Below, piece by piece: positions 49,146-59,681 of a DNA stretch of 64,000 nucleotides. Origin of the DNA: an uncultured Bacilli bacterium (GTDB lineage Bacteria > Bacillota_I > Bacilli_A > RF39 > UBA660). The notes under the pieces are model-generated. The model was not told where the DNA came from and made no database searches. It saw only the letters and a list, made by a program, of their open reading frames with translations. The translations under genes were made by a program, and so were the position numbers. The DNA lies in the NCBI GenBank assembly GCA_934097015.1, contig CAKONF010000002.1, forward strand, positions 4,214-68,213, read 5' to 3'. Within the stretch, counting starts at the first letter, position 1. The number at the start of each line of letters is the position of its first letter.

Positions 49146-49314
49146 TTTTATCTACACTCCTTTCAACGCAAAAAAACACATTATATTTTCACATGAATTT
49201 GAGTAATATGTGTTTATATATGTGTTCTTTCACAAATGTCAATTTAATATTATCATTTGATTGTTAACCTTGTCAATCTATTTTTGATATTTTATGCTTA
49301 TAAATTTTATTTAC

Positions 49315-49890
49315 TTATTCAACAAATTTACAATTTCCATCATGTTCATTAAAATAATCTTCTATATGTGCTTTTGCTTTGTTTGCGTCACTTTCATTTT
49401 CTACATCTGTATGATTTGATATAAAAGCATCTCCACCAGAATATATAATTTGAAAATTTTTATTATATTCTATTTCGTATAAATATTTTTCTTTATCTAA
49501 TTCACATGATAGAGAATATTTTCCTATTACTTTATTGTCTTTAGAATTTACTCTATCAATATTAAATGCTATGAAAGCAATAACGAATATTACAAAAAGA
49601 ATAATAATTGATATTCCAATTATTTTTAGTATTTTAATTGTTAAACCAGCTAATTTTTCAGTATTACTTACTTTTTCTACTAAAATATTATTTACGTTGT
49701 TATTAGTTAATTCATCCAAACTAATATTAAATATATTGGAAAGGTTTTTTGCTTGATTTATATCTGGGGTAGTTTCTTCTAATTCCCATTTAGATATTGT
49801 TTGTCTTGTGACACCTACTTTTTCAGCAAGTTCTTCTTGTGATAAATTATTTTGTTTTCTTAATTCTGTTATTTTGTTCCCTAAATTCAT
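49315..49890 (-). CDS. XRE-family HTH protein with a TM anchor and an extracytoplasmic domain
   Basis: ELRKQNNLSQEELAEKVGVTRQTISKWE HTH, then the hydrophobic helix LTIKILKIIGISIIILFVIFVIAFIAF. Confidence 0.8.
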   Translation of the reverse strand: MNLGNKITELRKQNNLSQEELAEKVGVTRQTISKWELEETTPDINQAKNLSNIFNISLDELTNNNVNNILVEKVSNTEKLAGLTIKILKIIGISIIILFVIFVIAFIAFNIDRVNSKDNKVIGKYSLSCELDKEKYLYEIEYNKNFQIIYSGGDAFISNHTDVENESDANKAKAHIEDYFNEHDGNCKFVE

Positions 49891-49982
49891 TATATTTTTC
49901 TCCTTCCAAGAAAAAGTATAATATTATTATAGTTTGAATTCTACCAATATTCTATGGAAATTACGCACTTAATTTTAACATA

Positions 49983-50741
49983 TTAAATATTGATTGTTTT
50001 TTTTAGTGTACGAATATTATTCTTTTCTAACATTAAACCCGTTAAATAAAAATATGCTAATTGAGTTTCTGCATTTAAATCAATATCTTTATTTTCTAAA
50101 AATTTTGAAATTAATATAACTTGCTTTTTGTCTAATAAATCTTTACTATTAAGTTGTTCTTTTATTTTAACGTTTCTTGGTAAGTATCCATTTTTACCAT
50201 TTAAAGTGCATTCCGCAAAATTTTCATATTCAGTTGAAAATGGTACCGCTTGTTCAAGGATACAAGGTACTAATTGATGAGTATAATTTTCACTATTTAT
50301 ATCCAATTCTAAATATGTCATTTTATTATCTATATATACTGTAGCAGTCTTTAGATTATTTCCACTTATTCTATCATAAATTAATGGTACTACCATGGAC
50401 TCTCCGAAAGGTATAACATCACCTTCTTTATTTCGATTAATTCTTATTATTCCCCATTTTAGTTTACAATTATTTATTTTATATTCATTTTTTATAATAT
50501 TGTAGTATCTACTTTCTGATGCGTTTGCATCATTTATTGAATATTCTATATCTGCTACTAAATTACATACAGCAAAGTGGTCATTGCCTAAATTTATCAT
50601 ACATTCGTATTCCTTTGTTAATTTTTTATTATTTTCATCTTTTAGGAGATATGCATAATGTTCGTTAATTTCCATATTTTTTTCTCTGTTTATAATTATA
50701 TTTGGCACTAATTCTTTTTTTATTTCAATTTTATTTGTCAT
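49983..50741 (-). CDS. hypothetical protein, possibly WG-repeat containing
   Basis: KLKWGIIRINRNKEGDVIPFGESMVVPLIYDRI resembles a KWG/WG repeat unit. Confidence 0.4.
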   Translation of the reverse strand: MTNKIEIKKELVPNIIINREKNMEINEHYAYLLKDENNKKLTKEYECMINLGNDHFAVCNLVADIEYSINDANASESRYYNIIKNEYKINNCKLKWGIIRINRNKEGDVIPFGESMVVPLIYDRISGNNLKTATVYIDNKMTYLELDINSENYTHQLVPCILEQAVPFSTEYENFAECTLNGKNGYLPRNVKIKEQLNSKDLLDKKQVILISKFLENKDIDLNAETQLAYFYLTGLMLEKNNIRTLKKTINI

Positions 50742-50830
50742 ATAAATTCTCCTTGCAAAAATATTATAACATATTTAGATAATAAGATATTATATTAATT
50801 AACTATTACTAAATATATTTTTTATTTTAA

Positions 50831-51759
50831 TTAATTGTGTTTTTTAATATTTTTGTTATTTATTAATTCTAATTTTAAAGAGTCATATACTTTAGTTTCA
50901 ACTTTTGATTTTTCTTTAAGTTTTTCAAATTCTTTTTCTAAAAGTATAAATTCTTCTTTTGCACTCATTGAATGATCTGATATACATAATTTTCCTATAA
51001 AGTTAGAAAACATAAATCTATAAATAAAGGCACATAATTTTTTCTTATTTATACAGTTTTCATATTCACCTTCAGGAAGTATTTCATAACCTAGTTTTCT
51101 TAAAACGTCATATCCTTCTATAATTGCATCCATAATTAATAAAGAATATTCTTTATCATGTTTTAATAGTTTTAAATTACCATCTACTTTATAGCTTGCA
51201 AATACAAGTGGAAGAACTGCACAGGCATGCGTTTTAAGGTAATCATTCATCTTATTTTCTATTATTACTTTTATTTTTGTTTCTTTAAATATATATTTTA
51301 TAAATTCATTACTTATATCTTTACCATCTGTTCTTCCAATTTCTATTTTATTTAGACAAATTGAATTTATATAGCCATCATATTTTTTTCCAGCAGCCAT
51401 AAAAAATGCAAATAATACGTTTTTATTTTTTAAACTCATATATTTTTCTACAGATATATTGTTGCCTACAAATACTATATTTTTGCTATCATTATTTTCT
51501 ATGATTGGAATAATATTATCTAGAGATGAAAATCTTGAAACTATAAATATAACATCATAAATATCATTTTTTTCTAATTTGTCTATTATATTAAAATAAT
51601 CAATTGTTTGTTTTCCTAATTTATGATTTATTATAAGTCCATTATTTTTTAAATTTTCATAAGTTTTATTCCTTGCTAAAATTGTTATATAATTTCCGCT
51701 TTTTAAAGATGTGCTAAGTTTGAACCTACTATTCCCGCACCAATTATTAATATTCTCAT
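50831..51759 (-). pseudogene. ApbA/PanE-like ketopantoate reductase family gene with a frameshift near its 5' end
   Basis: MRILIIGAGIVGSNLAHL* (start at 51759) reads on in another frame as LKSGNYITILARNK...DVIFIVSRFSS... and joins the 50831..51439 ORF. The break is at about 51703-51708. Confidence 0.6.
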
Positions 51760-51819
51760 TTATATCAATCCTTTCTTTAATTTATTAATTATATAATTCT
51801 CAATTAAATTGTAATTTTT

Positions 51820-52395
51820 TTATTTTATATAATTACATTTTTTATCTTTGAATGAGCATTTTACATTAGGTTTATCTACGATATTATTATCTACTTTAAA
51901 TGGTGAAGATAAGTAAATATAATTGTCATCTACATTATCTATCAGAATATGTAACCTACTAATGTTAGGTGTATTTTCGAAATTAAAATTTATGCTTTCT
52001 TTTTCAACATCTAAATCATTTATTGAATATTTCTCTATAGTTTCTTCTTTACCAATGCAATGTATATAAATTACGTTATCTTTTATGTATAAATTAGAAC
52101 CATCATCAACTGTATCACAATTTTTTATATTTTTTAAAATATAATAATTATCTTTATTTTTTAATAATATATTGAGATGACTCCAAGAACTTATGTTATC
52201 ATAGTACCTAGAAATTATATAATTTTTGTTATTATATTCTAATTTTTTTATAATTTTTTCATCATTAAAAAATGTATATTTTTCTAAATTAGATAGTGAA
52301 CTTTTATAATCAAAAAGTTTAATAAGTTGGTACGTTGTAAAACTAAATAATGAAATTAATATTATAATTGATATTATTAAAAAATTTTTTTTCAT
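51820..52395 (-). CDS. hypothetical exported protein
   Basis: N-terminal signal/anchor MKKNFLIISIIILISLFSF. No recognisable motif. Confidence 0.45.
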   Translation of the reverse strand: MKKNFLIISIIILISLFSFTTYQLIKLFDYKSSLSNLEKYTFFNDEKIIKKLEYNNKNYIISRYYDNISSWSHLNILLKNKDNYYILKNIKNCDTVDDGSNLYIKDNVIYIHCIGKEETIEKYSINDLDVEKESINFNFENTPNISRLHILIDNVDDNYIYLSSPFKVDNNIVDKPNVKCSFKDKKCNYIK

Positions 52396-52426
52396 AATTG
52401 TATCTTTCTTTCAAATTAGTATTTTT

Positions 52427-53182
52427 CTAACTAAACAATATTGGTATATTACCATATATTATTATTCTAAATATTCCTATTATAACTAAATGTAATGGGT
52501 AATATAAATAGAAGACCCATTTCATCCAACTAATTTTACCTTTTTCTCCATTATAAATATTTAGTAATGGATATGCTAAAACAACTGCTAATGTAATTAA
52601 TCCATAAGTTTTGCTAACAAATAAATATGAAATAATTGCATAAATTAAAATCCAAAAACTCATACTTATTATTTGTTTTTTAAAATTTCCTCTACTTTTA
52701 TACATAGATAAAATTGTCATTACTGCTATACAACTCCAATCAGATGGAAAAGTTATAATATTTATTAAAATAATTAGTATCCATTTTTGCCACTCTTTTA
52801 AATTAGTTTTGTAATTCATAATATAAAGCCCAACTACTGACCAAGCAAGAGACCACATAATACTTGTTTGATTAAAAATATTTCCAGTACTAAATGGTAT
52901 ATAGTTTATTCCAAAAGCAAAACAATATGCAAAATGAGATATTATCGCAAATGTAAATAATCTTAAAATATATTTTTTTAAATTTTTAGTATAGTAAAAT
53001 CCTTCACAAATAAAGAAAAACATAATGGGTGCTGTTAATCTTCCAGTTATATGTAAAACGTTTGAAATTATATTATTAGGCATTCCTGGATAAATTAAAT
53101 CTGCGATGTGATCAATTGTCATTGCTACAATCGCTATTAATTTTAAATGATTAGAATTTAACTTTTTCATTATATCCCCCAA
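52427..53182 (-). CDS. TraX family membrane protein
   Basis: LKLIAIVAMTIDHIADL N-terminal motif and a polytopic profile. Confidence 0.7.
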   Translation of the reverse strand: MGDIMKKLNSNHLKLIAIVAMTIDHIADLIYPGMPNNIISNVLHITGRLTAPIMFFFICEGFYYTKNLKKYILRLFTFAIISHFAYCFAFGINYIPFSTGNIFNQTSIMWSLAWSVVGLYIMNYKTNLKEWQKWILIILINIITFPSDWSCIAVMTILSMYKSRGNFKKQIISMSFWILIYAIISYLFVSKTYGLITLAVVLAYPLLNIYNGEKGKISWMKWVFYLYYPLHLVIIGIFRIIIYGNIPILFS

Positions 53183-53215
53183 TCTAACAAATTATTATCT
53201 ATCTTTTTATAAATA

Positions 53216-53311
53216 ATAACAATGATTTGAAAAGATTTTCATATATTTATTATAGCATATTTACCTTTGAATTTAATATTTGAAATATAAAGTTTAAGAT
53301 ACAATTATCTT
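53216..53311. repeat. copy 1 of a ~96-bp direct repeat flanking the GNAT gene
   Basis: ATAACAAT[G/A]ATTTGAAAAGATTTTCATATAT(T)TATTATAGCATATTTACCTTTGAATTTAATATTTGAAATATAAAGTTTAAGATACAATTATCTT, near-identical to 53883-53977. Confidence 0.9.
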
Positions 53312-53338
53312 TTGTATAATAAACTAATAAATCGAAAT

Positions 53339-53845
53339 TTAAAGTTCTATCCAATATCTTTGTATTAATACACCGCCATCTATTATTTCATTTTCTAGCA
53401 CGCCACCATTTTTAATTATTGTTTTTGCAGAACATACATTATCTTTATTACAACACATCAAAACTTTTTTTATTCCTAATTTATTGCATTCTTCTAATGC
53501 TAGTGAAATCATTTTTGTACCCATTCCTTTATTTCTTTCACTGGGTCTAATTCCATCTCCTATATGACCACCACTAATCATTAGTTTCTCATTTAAATAA
53601 TGTCGTATATTAACAGCACCCACAAATATATTTCTATTTGTATCCAAGCAAAAATAGGTAGAATCAGGGACATATTTTCCATTAGGTTCTTTGAGTTCTA
53701 AATTTTCTATATATTCATCAATATTATGATAATCACTTTTTCTAATAGACCATGGTATAATTTTTTCATTTGAGTTAGTCCATTCGTCCATCATTTCGTT
53801 TAATTGAGAAATATACTTTTTTTCCATTTTTACAAGTTTTAACAT
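53339..53845 (-). CDS. GNAT family N-acetyltransferase
   Basis: GGHIGDGIRPSERNKGMGTKMISLALEECNKLGIKKVLMCC (acetyl-CoA binding Q/RxxGxG/A-type block). Confidence 0.8.
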   Translation of the reverse strand: MLKLVKMEKKYISQLNEMMDEWTNSNEKIIPWSIRKSDYHNIDEYIENLELKEPNGKYVPDSTYFCLDTNRNIFVGAVNIRHYLNEKLMISGGHIGDGIRPSERNKGMGTKMISLALEECNKLGIKKVLMCCNKDNVCSAKTIIKNGGVLENEIIDGGVLIQRYWIEL

Positions 53846-53882
53846 TGTATCATCTCACTTTCAGTTCACTTTTTTATCAATC

Positions 53883-53977
53883 ATAACAATAATTTGAAAA
53901 GATTTTCATATATTATTATAGCATATTTACCTTTGAATTTAATATTTGAAATATAAAGTTTAAGATACAATTATCTT
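53883..53977. repeat. copy 2 of the ~96-bp direct repeat
   Basis: One substitution and one 1-nt indel relative to 53216-53311. Confidence 0.9.
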
Positions 53978-54108
53978 ATTTTTTTAGATAGTTTTAGTTA
54001 AATAAAAATCCACTAGTTTAACTAGTGGTATTTTACAAAGCCCTATAAGGGCTATCGCTGGCAGCTACCATTTGGTAGCTTTTTGATTTGCCAATCGCCT
54101 TTGTCACT

Positions 54109-54592
54109 CTAACAACCCTTAAAAGGGTCTTCGTATTCTCTTACACTTCTTTTATCTTGTATCATATCTTCTGTTTCTTGCTCTCTTATATATTTTTTTA
54201 TTGTATTTTTATTTAATCCTACCGTACTCACATAATATCCTCTAGCCCAAAATGTTCTTTGTCCATACTTGTATTTTAAATTCGCATGATTTTCAAATAT
54301 CATCAATGCACTTTTTTCCCTTTAGATATCCCATAAATTGTGATACACTAAGTTTAGGCGGAATCTTTAAAAGCATATGTATGTGGTCAACGCATGCATG
54401 AGCTTCTATGATATCCACCTCTTTATATTCACATAATCTTCTTAGAATTATTCCTATATCTCGGCGAAGTTTACCATATATGGCTTTTCTTCTAAACTTT
54501 GGGATAAATACTATGTGATAAAGACAATTATATTTAGTATGAGATAATTGACTTTCGTCAATATCTCTGCTCTTTGTTTTTGATTTCAACAT
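54109..54592 (-). pseudogene. tnpA: IS200-type Y1 transposase TnpA, split by a frameshift in an A6 run
   Basis: MLKSKTKS...YHIVFIPKFRRKAIYG...HACVDHIHMLLKIPPKLSVSQFMGYLKGK, then a frame change at 54312-54317, then SALMIFENHANLKYKYGQRTFWARGYYVSTVG in the 54109..54306 ORF. Confidence 0.8.
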
Positions 54593-54665
54593 AAAAATCT
54601 CCTCCTGTTTTTTATATTTGATCGGCAAATCATAGTATATTATAACAGAAGGAGATTTTTATGTT
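54588..54665 (-). promoter_or_regulatory. 15-bp long-range stem sequestering the tnpA Shine-Dalgarno and start codon
   Basis: AACATAAAAATCTCC (54588-54602) is the exact reverse complement of GGAGATTTTTATGTT (54651-54665). On the mRNA the 3' arm contains GGAG and the ATG. Confidence 0.7.
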
Positions 54666-54788
54666 TTCTGATGGGCGGAGCTCTTTTCTATTCACACCTG
54701 CATAGCAGGTGGTTTTAATGTTTGACCTTTAATGGTCAAACATAATAAAAAAGAATATTTTTTAGTTGTATAATATTCTTTTTTCTAA

Positions 54789-56876
54789 TTATTCTGCTTC
54801 TTTTATTATATTTTTGCAACCAATGTATGTTGCTAGGAAATAACAACTATATATTAAACTCATAATTATAATAGTTAATATTATTGAAGGTAATAATTGG
54901 TCTTTGGAAGCAAGTGTATTAAATATTGATAAAGCAAACTGTATTCCGAAAATTGAATGAATTATCGCAAGTATTAAAGGTAGCATAAAGAATATTGCAA
55001 TTTGTTCAAATAATGATTTGTTAATCATTTTTTCATCACAACCAATTTTTCTTAAAATAACATATCTTTCTATGTTATCTGAACTTTCTGTTAATTGTTT
55101 TAAAGCGAGTATTGCGCAACTAACTATTAGAAAAATTATTCCTAAATAGATTGCAATAAATACAACTATGGTTGATAAACCAATACTTGATTCAAAAAGA
55201 TGAATTTTAGTATGACTATTTAAAGAGTTTTTAGCTTCGTGAAGTTTTTGATTAAGAGCTGATTCATTATCTGAAAAGATGTCTTCTATTTTATCTTTTT
55301 CTTCTTTATTCTTAGCGTTATAATTTGCTACTAAAAGCCATAATTTTTGATTTTCGATATTTAAATTAGCACTGTCTGGGACAATTATAATTCCAACATT
55401 AGTTTTACTTGTAGAAATCTCAATAAAACTATCTTCGCATTTTTGATATTTAGGTTTATATTCACTACCATTTATGTTAATTTGTGCATTTGCTTGTAAA
55501 CCTTTATTTCTCATTTCTGCAATACTTTCATAGTTAGCAATTATTATATATTCATCATCATTTAAAGTATATTCTTTATGGCCATAAAGTTTTGCTATTT
55601 TATTGTAATCTGATAATTTCATAATCATTTCTGGTGTTTCAAGTTTCATCATTGGGAACTCTTTCTTTATATCAATAGCAACACTTCCTAATGTTTTTTC
55701 CCAGGTTAAGTCACTTAGTTCATAAATAGGTAATTCTATAACATCTTTTAAAAGGTCCATATCAAAGCCATTTTCTTTAAGTGTGTAAGAAATTGGTTTT
55801 TTAGAATCTTCTTTGATTTCTTCACTATATGTAATACTTTCTTTACTGTTATCTAAATTAGCTGTTTTATATAAATTAATATCAACTGGTGTCATTGCTT
55901 CTATATCTTTTTGCATAGAATTTTTTAAAGCTAATGATGAGGATAATGCAGTAATTGTCATAAATAACATTAAGCATATAATACTTATACTTATTACAGT
56001 TGTATTAATTTTATTATGTATTTGTCTTAGTACAAACATGTTTGTACCTTTTAAATATATACTTCTTTTTGACTCTACTATTTTTAAAATAAAACCTGAT
56101 ATTGACCAAAATATTAAAATTGTTGTAATTATACCTAATATTACTGCAAGTACTATTGCTTTTGTTGTTTCATTAATGCTAGATAATGTAAATACTTTTT
56201 TTGTAACTATCCAATATGCATATCCTAATCCGATACTAGATATTATAAATACTACTACACACAGTATAGGATTTTTTATTTTTATTTTTTCGTTCTTTTT
56301 AGATGCTGTTAATAAATTAATTAGTTTGTATTTAGAAATTGTGAAAGCATTAAATATTAATACTGCTAAATACATTATTGCAAAGTATAAACATGTTTTG
56401 ATGCAAGCATTTTTTGAGAACACAAATTCAAATTTAGTCATGTCTGCTTGGAATAATTTTGCTACTAAAATTGACATAAGTTGTGAGACAAAAATACCTA
56501 TTACTAATCCTATTAATAGAGATATAATTCCAACAAATATTGTTTCTATTAAAAGTATTTTGGATATTTGTCTTTTACTCATTCCAAGTGTCATGTATAT
56601 TCCAAATTCTTTTTTTCGTCTATTTATTAGAAAATTATTTGCATATACAATTAATAAACCTAATATTATTGCTATAAATACAGATACCATACCAAGCATA
56701 TTAATCATAAGTTTAATTATTTCTTTAGTAGAGGATGAGACTTTTAACATTGCTTCTTGACTATCAAGAGAATTAAACATATAGAATACTGCAACACCTA
56801 ATACTAATGTTATGAAATATATAGCATAATCTTTAAAACTTTTTTTCATGTTTTTTAGAGACAATTTAAATAACAT
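54789..56876 (-). CDS. BceB-type (FtsX-domain) ABC transporter permease
   Basis: 695 aa with roughly 10 TM helices and a large extracytoplasmic loop between TM7 and TM8. Overlaps the ATPase gene. Confidence 0.85.
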   Translation of the reverse strand: MLFKLSLKNMKKSFKDYAIYFITLVLGVAVFYMFNSLDSQEAMLKVSSSTKEIIKLMINMLGMVSVFIAIILGLLIVYANNFLINRRKKEFGIYMTLGMSKRQISKILLIETIFVGIISLLIGLVIGIFVSQLMSILVAKLFQADMTKFEFVFSKNACIKTCLYFAIMYLAVLIFNAFTISKYKLINLLTASKKNEKIKIKNPILCVVVFIISSIGLGYAYWIVTKKVFTLSSINETTKAIVLAVILGIITTILIFWSISGFILKIVESKRSIYLKGTNMFVLRQIHNKINTTVISISIICLMLFMTITALSSSLALKNSMQKDIEAMTPVDINLYKTANLDNSKESITYSEEIKEDSKKPISYTLKENGFDMDLLKDVIELPIYELSDLTWEKTLGSVAIDIKKEFPMMKLETPEMIMKLSDYNKIAKLYGHKEYTLNDDEYIIIANYESIAEMRNKGLQANAQININGSEYKPKYQKCEDSFIEISTSKTNVGIIIVPDSANLNIENQKLWLLVANYNAKNKEEKDKIEDIFSDNESALNQKLHEAKNSLNSHTKIHLFESSIGLSTIVVFIAIYLGIIFLIVSCAILALKQLTESSDNIERYVILRKIGCDEKMINKSLFEQIAIFFMLPLILAIIHSIFGIQFALSIFNTLASKDQLLPSIILTIIIMSLIYSCYFLATYIGCKNIIKEAE

Positions 56877-57633
56877 CGTTTAATTCGCCTCCAAGAAGTG
56901 TTTGAACTTCGATAATACTTTCAAAGAATTCTTTTCTACTGTTATCACCTTTTATTAATTCGTTAAATATTTTTCCATCTTTAATAAAAATAATTCTATC
57001 TGCATAACTTGCTGTAAATGCATCATGTGTCACCATTAAAATAGTTGCATCTAAAGTTTCATTTAAAGTTGTTAATGTTTCTAATAATTGTTTTGCTGAC
57101 TTTGAATCTAATGCTCCTGTTGGTTCATCTGCTAGAACTAGTTTTGGATTTGTTATTATTGCTCTTGCTGATGCAACTCTTTGTTTTTGTCCTCCAGATA
57201 ATTGATATGGATACTTATTTAAAATATTATCAATTTCTAGTTTTTTTGCAATATCTTTAACTTTTTTATCTATTTCATGTACGTTTCTTTTTTGAATAGT
57301 AAGAGCTAAAGCTATATTTTCATAAGCAGTTAAAGTATCTAATAAATTAAAATCTTGAAATATAAAGCCTAATTCTTCTCTTCTAAATTTATTAAGTTTA
57401 TTTCCTTTTAATTTTGTAATATCATCTCCATTTATCAGAATATGTCCAGTTGTTACCTTATCTATTGTTGATATACAATTTAAAAGTGTTGTTTTTCCAC
57501 TTCCTGATGCTCCCATTATTCCAACAAATTCTTTTTTTTTGACATTGAAACTAATATTGTCTACGGCTTTTGTTAAATTAGATTTATTACCATAATATTT
57601 TTCAACGTTTTGTACTTCTAATATATTTTCCAT
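56866..57633 (-). CDS. BceA/MacB-type ABC transporter ATP-binding protein
   Basis: GASGSGKTTLLN, LSGGQKQRVASARA, LVLADEPTGALD. Confidence 0.9.
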   Translation of the reverse strand: MENILEVQNVEKYYGNKSNLTKAVDNISFNVKKKEFVGIMGASGSGKTTLLNCISTIDKVTTGHILINGDDITKLKGNKLNKFRREELGFIFQDFNLLDTLTAYENIALALTIQKRNVHEIDKKVKDIAKKLEIDNILNKYPYQLSGGQKQRVASARAIITNPKLVLADEPTGALDSKSAKQLLETLTTLNETLDATILMVTHDAFTASYADRIIFIKDGKIFNELIKGDNSRKEFFESIIEVQTLLGGELNDVI

Positions 57634-57773
57634 ATATATACTCCTTTCAAATACAAGTATATTATAATAAAATTAATATTGGGTTGCTATCGATTTATAT
57701 TACAATTAGACTACATTTTTGTAATATTGTTAAAAAGTATTGTTTTATTAACATTTATTTTTTAACAATACTT

Positions 57774-58793
57774 TTATTTTAGATTAATATAACTACTATT
57801 TGGAAATATTATTTTTATTATTGTATATTCATTTTCTTTAGAATCTAATTCTATAGATATACCTAGTTTATCACATAATTTTTTACATAAATATAATCCT
57901 ATTCCAGTAGATTTTTTATTTGATAATCTTCCATTAGTACCTGTAAAACCTTTTTCAAATACTCTATTTATTTCATTTTTTTTGATACCAATACCATTAT
58001 CTTTGATATATAAAATAGTGTTATCTTTATTTTCTTTACTAAACATTTCTATTTCAAGTGTTCTCTCTTTATTTTTATATTTTACACTATTTTGTATAAG
58101 TTGATTTAATATAAATATTATCCATTTGCTATCTGTATATATTATGTTATTTAAATCATGTGTATTTATTTCGACTTTTTCTTGTATAAGCATAGTTTTA
58201 TTTTTTTTGATACTTTCATTTACTAATTCTTTTAAGTTTGATTTTTTAATGTAGTAATCTTTTTCTACTGTATTACTTCTTGCATAATATAAAGCTTGGT
58301 CTATATAGTTTTCTAATTTATCTAATTCTTCTTCAATACTTCTAGTAGCATTATTTTTATTATTTTCTATAATCATTTTACTAGTTGCTAGTGGTATTTT
58401 TATTTCATGAATCCATAATTCGATATATTCTTTATAATCTTTTACATTATATTTATATTTATTAACATTTTCATGCATAGATTTATTTATTTGTTCTAAT
58501 GTTTCATATAATATTTTACCTTCAATAAATTCTGGTTTTTTTATTACTTCTGTTATTAAATATTTTTCTTTTAGTTGATTTAGTATTTTTTCTAAGTAAT
58601 TATAATATTTTTTCTTTTTATTATATTCATAAATTAATCCTATTAAGTATGATGTAATTATTATTATTGGTGTATATATTTTTATGTAAGTATTTAGTGG
58701 ATAAGTCATAAAAAATATTTCTATTGTTATTAATGAAAATACTATTAAAATTATTGTAAGAATTTTTTCTTTTATAAATTTTAAAAAGGTCAT
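57774..58793 (-). CDS. BceS-type intramembrane-sensing histidine kinase
   Basis: Two N-terminal TM helices with almost no extracellular loop, H-box WIHEIKIPLA, and an ATPase domain (DNGIGI, GTGIGLYL). Confidence 0.85.
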   Translation of the reverse strand: MTFLKFIKEKILTIILIVFSLITIEIFFMTYPLNTYIKIYTPIIIITSYLIGLIYEYNKKKKYYNYLEKILNQLKEKYLITEVIKKPEFIEGKILYETLEQINKSMHENVNKYKYNVKDYKEYIELWIHEIKIPLATSKMIIENNKNNATRSIEEELDKLENYIDQALYYARSNTVEKDYYIKKSNLKELVNESIKKNKTMLIQEKVEINTHDLNNIIYTDSKWIIFILNQLIQNSVKYKNKERTLEIEMFSKENKDNTILYIKDNGIGIKKNEINRVFEKGFTGTNGRLSNKKSTGIGLYLCKKLCDKLGISIELDSKENEYTIIKIIFPNSSYINLK

Positions 58794-59473
58794 TATTCTT
58801 CACTCCCTTTTAAAATATATCCTTGTCCTCTTTTTGTTTCTAATAGTTCTTTTAGGCCTAATTCTTCTAATTTATATCTTACTCTTGTAATGTTTACTGT
58901 TAGTGTACTATCTCCTATAAAGTTATCACTATCCCATAAGCACATCATTATATCTTCTCTAGATACTATTTTATTTCTATTTTGAACTAAGTATTTTAGA
59001 ATTCTAAATTCATTTTTTGTAAGTTCTATTATAGTGTTATCTTTTTCTATTGTACTTTTGTTAATATTTAAAATAAAATCTTTCGCATCTATTCTATCTA
59101 TGTTTTCTTGTGATTTAGTTCTTCTTAGTAATGAATTAATTTTTGCAAGCAGAATATGTATATTAAATGGCTTTGTTATGTAATGGTCTGCTCCATTATT
59201 TATAGTTAGTAATTCATCTATTTCATTATCTCTACTAGTTATGATTATTATAGGCATATTTGATTTTTTTCTTATTTCTTTACAAATATATTCTCCATCT
59301 GCGTTAGGTAGATTTAGATCTAGCAACAACAATTCTGGATTAATTTTTATGATATCGTTTAATGTGTTGTTAAATGTTTTTAAAGATTCAGATAAATATC
59401 CATTATTATTTAAAAATATTTCTAATTCTTTTCTTAATTTTTCATCATCTTCAACGATTAATATTTTTTCCAT
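58793..59473 (-). CDS. OmpR-family response regulator
   Basis: Receiver domain (ILIVEDDEKL, LLLLDLNLPNADG) plus a winged-helix C-terminus (TKRGQGYIL). Confidence 0.9.
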   Translation of the reverse strand: MEKILIVEDDEKLRKELEIFLNNNGYLSESLKTFNNTLNDIIKINPELLLLDLNLPNADGEYICKEIRKKSNMPIIIITSRDNEIDELLTINNGADHYITKPFNIHILLAKINSLLRRTKSQENIDRIDAKDFILNINKSTIEKDNTIIELTKNEFRILKYLVQNRNKIVSREDIMMCLWDSDNFIGDSTLTVNITRVRYKLEELGLKELLETKRGQGYILKGSEE

Positions 59474-59681
59474 ACGTATCCCTCATGTATATTATAACAT
59501 TAAATTATGTTTAATAATATTACAGTTTTGTAAGATTATATAAGTATATATTTGTCTTTTATATTTTTTTACATATATTTATTGTTTTATCTTTTGAAAT
59601 ATTGTATAATTGTTTTAGGAATATTTAACAGTTGGGTGCTTGCCTCTTTATTCTTTTATTAAGAAAGGAGGCTTGGTAATT

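Larger units (their letters stand above)
53995..54770 (-). mobile_element. IS200/IS605-family insertion sequence (tnpA only), approximate limits
   Basis: Y1 transposase gene flanked by clusters of short GC-richer hairpins. These are 54010-54028, 54038-54053 and 54063-54080 on one side, and CACCTGC-ATA-GCAGGTG (~54697-54713) and ATGTTTGACC...GGTCAAACAT (~54718-54743) on the other. No terminal inverted repeats, as expected for this family. Confidence 0.7.

Noticed and set aside
55813-56760. A 315-aa plus-strand ORF, the longest plus-strand ORF in the right half of the window.
   Set aside because: It lies entirely antisense to the BceB-type permease, whose identity is clear. Its sequence is a low-complexity Ile/Leu/Phe mirror of the permease's hydrophobic codons, and it has no RBS. 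It is a typical shadow ORF in AT-rich DNA.
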